Position numbers and translations under genes: made by a program. The notes under the pieces were generated by a model. That model was not told where the DNA came from, searched no databases, and was given only the letters and a program-made list of their open reading frames with translations. This document shows, piece by piece, positions 6,712 through 12,394 of a stretch of 12,394 nucleotides of DNA (its first letter is position 1; each line of letters starts with the position of its first letter). Origin of the DNA: Gemmatimonadaceae bacterium (lineage in GTDB: Bacteria > Gemmatimonadota > Gemmatimonadetes > Gemmatimonadales > Gemmatimonadaceae); assembly GCA_040902005.1 (NCBI GenBank), contig JBBDYA010000030.1, positions 1 through 12,394 on the forward strand. Direction: 5' to 3'.

Positions 6712-8627
6712 CGAGGCGCTCCGTTGTAGATGCCCAGACGGTGAATCGCGCTCTCGATCGCGCCATAAGCGGTCTGACCCAGGCCGCAGATGGACGCGTC
6801 CTTCATCGCCGCGCCCACCTCGTCCAGGAGCGCCACTTCGCGCTGCACACCGCCGCGCGTTCTCCGCGCGCCAATCCGGTGCAGCGCTTCCTCCTGCCGC
6901 ACCGTGCCCACCCGGCACGGCACGCACTGGCCGCAGGATTCATCGCGAAAGAATGCCGCAATGCGCACCAGCAGGGCGGGCAGGTCAACGGAATCATCCA
7001 CGACCATGAACACGCCGGAGCCCAGCGTTGCCTTCGCCGCCCGCGTGCCCTCGAAGCTCAGCTCCATGTCCAGTTCGTCCGGCCGGACGAACACCCCCGC
7101 CGCGCCGCCCAGAAGCACGGTAGTGAGCGTCCTGCCCGGCAGGAGTCCTCCCGCCATCGCGAGCAGCTCGTTCGCGGTGATGCCGAACGGCGCTTCATAC
7201 AGTCCCGGCTTGCTCACAGTGCCGCTCACGCAGAAGAGCCGAGTCCCGGTGGACTCGGCCGTTCCGATCGTCGCGTATTCTGCGCCACCCATCAGGACGA
7301 TGTGCGGAACGTTCATCAGCGTCTCGACGTTGTTCACCAGCGTTGGCTTGCCAAAGAGTCCGTAGGCCACCGGAAAGGGTGGCTTGTTGCGCGGCTCGCC
7401 GCGCAGCCCCTCGATGGAGTTGAACAGCGCCGTTTCCTCGCCACAGATGTACGCGCCCGCTCCGCGCCGGATCTCGATGTCGAATCGCGCGCCGCTGCCC
7501 ATGATGCTATCGCCCAGGAGTCCGGCCTCACGCGACTTCTCGATCGCATGCGCCATGCGAGACAGCGCCAACGGATACTCTCCACGCACGTACAGGTAGC
7601 CGACCTCGCACCCCGTGGCGAATCCCGCGATGGTCATCGCTTCCACCAGCGCGAACGGATCCTCCTCCATCAGGATGCGGTCCTTGAACGTTCCGGGCTC
7701 GGATTCGTCGGCGTTGCACACCAGATAGTGCGGACGCGCCTCCTGCTTTGCGACGGCGTCCCATTTGCGTCCGGTGGGGAACGCCGCGCCGCCACGCCCC
7801 AGCAGTCTGGACGCCGTCACCTCGGCGATGACCGCCTCCGGTCCCATCTCGATTGCGCGCGCAAGCGCCCCATATCCACCCGACGCGCGGTACGCGTCGA
7901 GACTGGTCGGATCCACAAGACCAATGCGCTTCGTCAACACGGAGTCTTCGGCCGCGGGCCGGCGAAACGAACGCACCTGGTGTGCAGGCTGACCGGCGCG
8001 AAGCGCCGCCGAGAACCTACCGGCGCCGCCATCGGCGGCGCCGCCGAGAACCCCCCTGCCGCCGAGCAGTTTGTCGAAATGCCCGATCAACTCGTCGTGC
8101 GGTTCGGCCCCGAACTCCTGCATCAGCGCCGCCGGCGCCTGCTCGCACAACCCCAGGCACGGCGATCGCACCCACGCGAAGTCCGCCACCTCCACATGAT
8201 CGCCGGTCGGCGCATGATGCTCCGGCCCCACCGTCTTTTCCAGTTGCGCGATCAGTTCGTTCGCGCCGCGGCACTTGCACGCGATGTCATCGCACACGTG
8301 CAGCACGCGCATGGGCCGCGGCGTCGTGGAGAACAGCGCGTAGAACGTGGCGACGCCCCACGCGTCCGCGGGCGGCACCGACAACCGCTTGCACACGTAA
8401 TTGAGTCCGCCTTCGCTGATCCATCCCGCACGCGACTGGAGGGCGTGGAGGGCGGGAAGCAGCAGGTGCCGTTGCGCGCGCGCGGCCTTGCCGCCGAACG
8501 CAACGTGCGTATCGCGCACGGGGTCGCGGACGCCGCCATCCCACCCCGAGGTCGGCGCGCCCAGCGCCGCGTCCACCGCCTCGCGTTCCTGCGCGCTGGG
8601 TTCGGCGTCGTGCAGATGAAGGTCCAT
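6708..8627 (-). CDS. Fused NuoE-NuoF-like (FdsG-FdsB-like) FMN/NAD-binding diaphorase subunit of the FDH, 639 aa
   Basis: NuoE part: VATFY, VCDDIAC...PCLGLC ([2Fe-2S]). NuoF part: GRGGAAFPTG, CNADESEPGTFKDR, GAGAYICGEETAL, NNVET, ESCGQCVPCR...SICGLG. The ATG at 8627 overlaps the upstream TGA (TGATG) and has a GGAG RBS. Confidence 0.95.
   Translation of the reverse strand: MDLHLHDAEPSAQEREAVDAALGAPTSGWDGGVRDPVRDTHVAFGGKAARAQRHLLLPALHALQSRAGWISEGGLNYVCKRLSVPPADAWGVATFYALFSTTPRPMRVLHVCDDIACKCRGANELIAQLEKTVGPEHHAPTGDHVEVADFAWVRSPCLGLCEQAPAALMQEFGAEPHDELIGHFDKLLGGRGVLGGAADGGAGRFSAALRAGQPAHQVRSFRRPAAEDSVLTKRIGLVDPTSLDAYRASGGYGALARAIEMGPEAVIAEVTASRLLGRGGAAFPTGRKWDAVAKQEARPHYLVCNADESEPGTFKDRILMEEDPFALVEAMTIAGFATGCEVGYLYVRGEYPLALSRMAHAIEKSREAGLLGDSIMGSGARFDIEIRRGAGAYICGEETALFNSIEGLRGEPRNKPPFPVAYGLFGKPTLVNNVETLMNVPHIVLMGGAEYATIGTAESTGTRLFCVSGTVSKPGLYEAPFGITANELLAMAGGLLPGRTLTTVLLGGAAGVFVRPDELDMELSFEGTRAAKATLGSGVFMVVDDSVDLPALLVRIAAFFRDESCGQCVPCRVGTVRQEEALHRIGARRTRGGVQREVALLDEVGAAMKDASICGLGQTAYGAIESAIHRLGIYNGAPR
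7988..8051 (+). repeat. Two hairpin + CCGCCGAGAAC repeat units inside the NuoE-NuoF linker coding sequence
   Basis: 7988-8022 matches the reverse complement of intergenic 2136-2170 at 32/35 nt. Tails lie at 8006 and 8041 (35-bp period). Confidence 0.85.
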
Positions 8628-10594
8628 CAGTCTCCGGCCATCCGGACCACCCGCTGCGCCGTGGTCGGCCGCAGTTGCTGCCGCCGCGCCGCCACCTTCT
8701 CGATGTGCACCGCGCACGCCTTGAATTCGGCCGTGCCCGACAACGGATCGAACTCGTCGATCGTGAGCACGTTGGTCGCGACCTGATCTGGAAAGTGCAG
8801 CGTCATGAACACCAGTCCCGGCTTCAGGGCGTGGTCCACGTGTGCGGGCGCGGTTACCGTGCCACGCCGCGAGGTGACACGGAGCACGTCGCCCGTCGCG
8901 ATGCCCAGTCGCTCGGCGTCTTCGGGCGCGATGTCCACCGTCTCGCCCCGGTGCAGTGGCGAACTGTAGCCGCCGCTCTGCACGCCGGTGTTGTAGCTCT
9001 CCAGCCGGCGCCCGGTGGTGAGCACGAACGGATATTCGTCATCCGGCTGTTCAACCGGCGGGTCGTGCTCCACCGCGTGAAAGGGAGCGAGTTTGCCCTC
9101 CGGCGGGTCGCTCCAGAGCCGCGCATGCAGGTACTGCTGCCCGGGGTGCTCGAGGTCCACGCACGGCCACTGGATTCCACACTGCTCCTCCAGGCGCTTG
9201 TACGTCATGCCCGCGAACATCGGTGCCAGCGAGCGCATCTCGTCCCAGGCGCGCTCCGCGCCGGGGTCGCCGAAATCCTTGCCCAGGCGCCTGGCCACCT
9301 CCGTGATGATCCAGATGTCGTCGCGCGCGCCAGCCGGTGGTTCCACCGCCTTGCGCACGCGCTGCACGCGGCGCTCGCTGTTGGTCACCGTCCCCTCGGC
9401 CTCGCACCAGCTCGACGTCGCCGGCAGCACGACGTGCGCCAGTTGCGCCGTCTTCGTGAGAAAGATGTCCTGCACCACCAGATGATCGAGGCCGGTCAGC
9501 AGTCGGTCCACGCGATGCAGGTCCGCGTCCGACTGGGCCGGGTTCTCGCCGATCACGTACAGCGATGTCAGCGCGCCCTCATCCATCGCCTGGAACATCT
9601 GCGTCAGGTTCCACCCGTTCCGCGGCTGGATCGTGGTGTTCCACGCCCGGTCGAACTTCGCGCGCACGTCGTCATCCAGGATGTCCTGAAAGCCGGCCAG
9701 GCGATTGGGGATGGCGCCCATGTCGCCGCCCCCCTGCACGTTGTTCTGTCCGCGCAGCGGGTTCAGTCCACACCCGTACCGTCCCACCTTGCCGGTGAGC
9801 AGCGCGAGATTGATCAGCGAGAATACGTTCTCGACGGCGTTGTGATGCTCGGTGATGCCAAGCGTCCAGCAGATCATGCCGCGGTCGGCCCTGGCGTACG
9901 CGAGCGCGGTGTCACGGATGGCGTCCGCCGGAACGCCGGTCTCCTGCTCCGCGAGCTCCAGCGTGTACTTCTCGACGCACGTGCGATACGTCTCGAAGTC
10001 GCTCGTCGCGCGTCGTACAAAGTCATCATTCGCGAGCCCTTCGCGAATGATGACGCGCGCCATCGCGTTGGCGAGCGCGATGTCGCTGCCCACGCGCAGC
10101 CCCAGCCACGTATCCGCCCAGGCCGCCGTGGCGGTGCGCCGCGGGTCCATGACGTACAGACGCGCGCCATTCCGCACGCCTTTCAGGACGTGATGAAAGA
10201 AGATCGGGTGCGCGTCGCGCGCGTTCGAGCCCCAGAGGAAGATGACGTCGGTGTTCTCGACTTCCTCATAGGAGCTGGTCCCGCCGCCCGCGCCAAAGAC
10301 CGTCGCCAGACCGACGACGCTAGGCGCGTGTCACGTTCGGTTGCAGCTGTCGATGTTGTTGTTGCCGAACGCCACCCGCGCCAGCTTGCCCGCCATGAAA
10401 TTCACCTCGTTCGTGGCCTTCGAGCAGCTGAAGATCCCGAGCGAGTTGGGCCCGCGCTCGAGGTTGCGGCGGAATCCTTCGGTGGCCGCGTCGAGCGCGG
10501 CCTCCCACGATGCTTCACGAAGGACGCCGTTCACTCGAACCAGCGGTTGAGTCAGGCGGGGGTACGAACCGGGAGGGGACTGCATGCGTGACAT
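8627..10594 (-). CDS. fdhF: Selenocysteine-containing Mo/W-bisPGD formate dehydrogenase catalytic subunit (FdhF-like, cytoplasmic), about 655 aa, Sec at codon 88 (TGA 10331-10333)
   Basis: ORFs 10331..10645 and 8627..10177 share a frame, and read-through gives NNIDSCNRT-U-HAPSVVGLATVFGAGGGTSSYEEVENTDVIFLWGSN...HP. Also present: the catalytic Arg motif PLRGQNNVQG, GENP, DIFLT.TA..A.VVLP, EGTVTNSERRVQ, LTTGR and EFKACAV. The start ATG 10594 lies 6 nt after GGAG; ATG 10600 is an alternative. No Tat signal. Confidence 0.95.
10289..10330 (-). promoter_or_regulatory. Bacterial SECIS element
   Basis: mRNA after UGA: CA-CGCGCC-UAG-CGUCGUC-GGUCU-GGCGACG-GUCUUU-GGCGCG. It forms a 6-bp lower stem and a 7-bp upper stem that starts 11 nt after UGA, with an apical GGUCU loop like the E. 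coli fdhF SECIS. Confidence 0.9.
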
Positions 10595-10616
10595 TGCCAT
10601 CTCCGTGTGAGATATG

Positions 10617-10645
10617 AGGATAGGCGCTGCGATGGGGCGATTCAA
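10617..10645 (-). promoter_or_regulatory. Putative sigma70 promoter of the fdh-fhs operon
   Basis: Minus strand TTGAAT (10645-10640), 17-nt spacer, TATCCT (10622-10617), about 20 nt upstream of the start codon. Confidence 0.55.
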
Positions 10646-10658
10646 CCCGCCTCGCTCC

Positions 10659-10799
10659 TGTCATTCCGAGCCCCTCGCCAATGTCATTCCGAGCGCAGCG
10701 AGGAATCTGCGGTTGGCTCGGGGTAAACTCCGCGAGGGATCTGCAGTTCTTGAGGTTTAATGGCAGATTCCTCGTCGCTGCGCGACTCGGAATGACATT
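10659..10799. repeat. Nested palindromic REP-like element of the GTCATTCCGAG...GAGGAATCT / AGATTCCTC...CTCGGAATGAC type
   Basis: TGTCATTCCGAGC at 10659 and 10682; GCGAGG(A/G)ATCTGC at 10698 and 10732; inverted partner GCAGATTCCTCG...CTCGGAATGACATT at 10763-10799. Confidence 0.85.
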
Positions 10800-10820
10800 C
10801 TTGCAAGGAGAGAGCGCGTC

Positions 10821-11282
10821 ATGAACGAGAAACAGCTTGCCAATGCGCGCACCCTGGCCCGCGTCCTCGACTCGGCCGTGGGCATCCCCGGCACGAACAT
10901 TCGCGTCGGGCTCGATGCCGTCATCGGATTGATCCCCGGCGCGGGCGACGTGATCGGCGCCGGGCTGTCCGGCTACATCGTGCTTGCCGCGGTGCGCGCG
11001 GGCGCGCCGACGCCGGTGATCCTCCGCATGCTCGGCAACGTCCTGCTCGACACCGCCGTCGGCTCGATCCCGGTGCTCGGCGACCTGTTCGACGTGGCAT
11101 TCAGATCGAACATGCGAAACGCCGTGCTGCTGGAGCGGTTTGCCGCCCGGCCGGAGCCCGTGGTCAGGCGGAGCAAGGCGCTCGTTGCCGGCGTCGTCGT
11201 CGCGTTGCTCCTGGTACTGATTGGCGCGCTGACGGTGGCCGTGCTCATCGCCCGACTCTTCTGGCAACTCCTGACGGGCTAA
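10821..11282 (+). CDS. DUF4112 domain membrane protein, 153 aa
   Basis: AAGGAG RBS. LARVLDS...IPGT.IR.GLD..IGLIPG.GD and RM..N..LD..VG.IPVLGDLFD.AF.SN.RN motifs; C-terminal TM helix. Confidence 0.92.
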   Translation: MNEKQLANARTLARVLDSAVGIPGTNIRVGLDAVIGLIPGAGDVIGAGLSGYIVLAAVRAGAPTPVILRMLGNVLLDTAVGSIPVLGDLFDVAFRSNMRNAVLLERFAARPEPVVRRSKALVAGVVVALLLVLIGALTVAVLIARLFWQLLTG

Positions 11283-12250
11283 CGGCGCCGACCGCGCTTC
11301 GACTTTCTCACGGCCGTCTTCCGCGCTGGCCGCCTGGATTTCACCGGCTTCCGTGCTTTCCCCCGCACCTGCGGCTTGGCCTTGCTTCGCGCTTTCTGTT
11401 TGGCCTTGGGTCGCGCCTTTGGCTTCGCCTTGACGTGCGCCTTCCTGCGCTTTGCTCCGGCGACAGTCGCTGGCTTTTTCGGCGCCGGCTTGGCGGGTTG
11501 CTGGTGAACGGCGAAGAGCGCGCCCTGCGGGTCTGTCATCATTCCGATGATGTCGCCCCCAGGCACCTCCATGTAATCGATCATGACCTTCGCGCCCGCC
11601 CTGGCGGCGGCGGTGGTCGCCTTCCGCACGTCCGGCACGTGCGCGTAACAGATCCACTGCGGTGCTGAAGCACCCCACTCGGGTGACAGCTTGTAGATCC
11701 CGCCGTACTCCGCCGTGCCGTGGCCGTACATCTGGTATTTGCCGTTCGGCCCCATGTCGAAGTCATTCGTTTTGACCCAGCCGAACATCCCGCTGTAGAA
11801 CTGGAACGCGGCGTCGGGATTCGTAGTGATCAGTTCGTGCCAGACGAAGCGTCCCGGCGTGCGCGTTCCGTCGAAGGCATAGGCCGGCTCTTGCGGCGTA
11901 TGGATGGCGAACGTCGCCCCCTGCGGGTCGGCCACGACGGCGAAGCGCCCGGTGCCAGGGATGTCCTTGGGGCCGAACAGCACGGTGCCGCCGAGTGACG
12001 ACAACCGCGCCGCCGCGGAGTCCACGGCGTCCACTTCGATGTACGGCATCCACATGGGACGCATCCCTTCCGCCAGGTGGTCCGGACGAAGTTGCACGAT
12101 GCCGCCGATCGGTTCTCCATTCGCCGTCCACATCGAGTAGCTGTCCTTGTCCCAATCCTCCGTGCCCCATGCCGTCACGGCGGGATAGAACGTCCTCGCC
12201 GCCTCGGAATCGGGCGTCATCAACTCGTACCACACGAACTGACCGTGCAT
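11279..12250 (-). CDS. VOC (glyoxalase/bleomycin-resistance) family protein with two VOC domains and a 72-aa basic C-terminal tail
   Basis: Duplicated G.FVW.EL.T.D/N..AA..FY...GW, W..Y..V..V and DIPG.GRFA...DPQGA.F motifs. Confidence 0.92.
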   Translation of the reverse strand: MHGQFVWYELMTPDSEAARTFYPAVTAWGTEDWDKDSYSMWTANGEPIGGIVQLRPDHLAEGMRPMWMPYIEVDAVDSAAARLSSLGGTVLFGPKDIPGTGRFAVVADPQGATFAIHTPQEPAYAFDGTRTPGRFVWHELITTNPDAAFQFYSGMFGWVKTNDFDMGPNGKYQMYGHGTAEYGGIYKLSPEWGASAPQWICYAHVPDVRKATTAAARAGAKVMIDYMEVPGGDIIGMMTDPQGALFAVHQQPAKPAPKKPATVAGAKRRKAHVKAKPKARPKAKQKARSKAKPQVRGKARKPVKSRRPARKTAVRKSKRGRRR

Positions 12251-12394
12251 GGGAAGGGACCGGGGAAGGGGGGGGATTTTCAGCCGCTGCCAGCGAACAC
12301 GCCTGAACCTGCAGAACCGGGACGGTTGTCCGCTAGGGAAGCTCTGAAAAAGGCGAGTAGGAAGCGCGGTAGCTCCCCGGGCGCGCCGCGGGGA

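Noticed and set aside
6708..8627. Respiratory complex I nuoE/nuoF/nuoG genes
   Set aside because: No other nuo genes are present. The genes are translationally coupled to the FDH catalytic gene and lie next to fdhD, so they are FDH subunits and no nuo symbols were assigned.
8625..8717. Read-through or frameshift fusion of the catalytic subunit to NuoEF (the NuoEF frame is open 30 codons upstream)
   Set aside because: A TGATG overlap with a GGAG RBS explains ordinary translational coupling. No slippery site is evident, and the next gene is in another frame, so Sec read-through would not fuse them.
6681..10591. Long plus-strand ORFs 6681..8786 (701 aa) and 8675..10591 (638 aa)
   Set aside because: Antisense shadows of high-GC genes with no recognisable motifs.
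8627..10645. Catalytic FDH as a pseudogene or as two genes (104 aa + 516 aa in the ORF track)
   Set aside because: The only interruption is a TGA at the Sec position, followed by a SECIS. The frame and conserved sequence continue across it.
10659..10799. tRNA-Sec or a Moco/tungsten riboswitch upstream of the FDH operon
   Set aside because: No cloverleaf, UCA anticodon arm or CCA end. The sequence is explained by REP-type arms and lies upstream of the predicted fdh promoter. An Rfam scan would settle it.
10515..11678. 387-aa minus-strand ORF across the REP element and DUF4112
   Set aside because: Off-frame to the VOC gene and antisense to DUF4112. It contains translated repeat sequence (VIPSRAATRNL) and has no domain signal.
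12373..12394. GC-rich inverted repeat (TCCCCG...CGGGGA) at the window end
   Set aside because: Short, truncated by the window edge and expected by chance at this GC content.

Overview
GC-rich bacterial window; protein style and repeat types suggest Gemmatimonadota, which is a guess. Its core is a minus-strand C1 operon (10594->3176): a selenocysteine-containing Mo/W formate dehydrogenase catalytic subunit, a fused NuoE-NuoF-like diaphorase, a separate Fe-S subunit, FdhD and formate-tetrahydrofolate ligase (Fhs). The ORF track breaks the catalytic gene at an in-frame TGA (10331-10333), which is followed by a clear fdhF-type SECIS hairpin. The FDH is split and permuted: the proximal [4Fe-4S] domain sits at the C-terminus of the downstream Fe-S subunit. 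Flanking genes are a partial DUF4175-like protein, a possible YaaA-like hypothetical protein, a DUF1906/GH25-like lipoprotein with a C11 tract, an OmpA-family lipoprotein with a sigma54-like promoter, a DUF4112 protein and a double-VOC protein with a histone-H1-like tail. The most unusual non-coding signal is a repeat family made of a variable GC hairpin plus a constant GCCGAGAAC tail (9 units in 3 clusters). It brackets the ompA gene in inverted orientation and also lies in-frame inside the NuoE-NuoF linker. A second, nested palindromic REP-like element lies upstream of the FDH operon.
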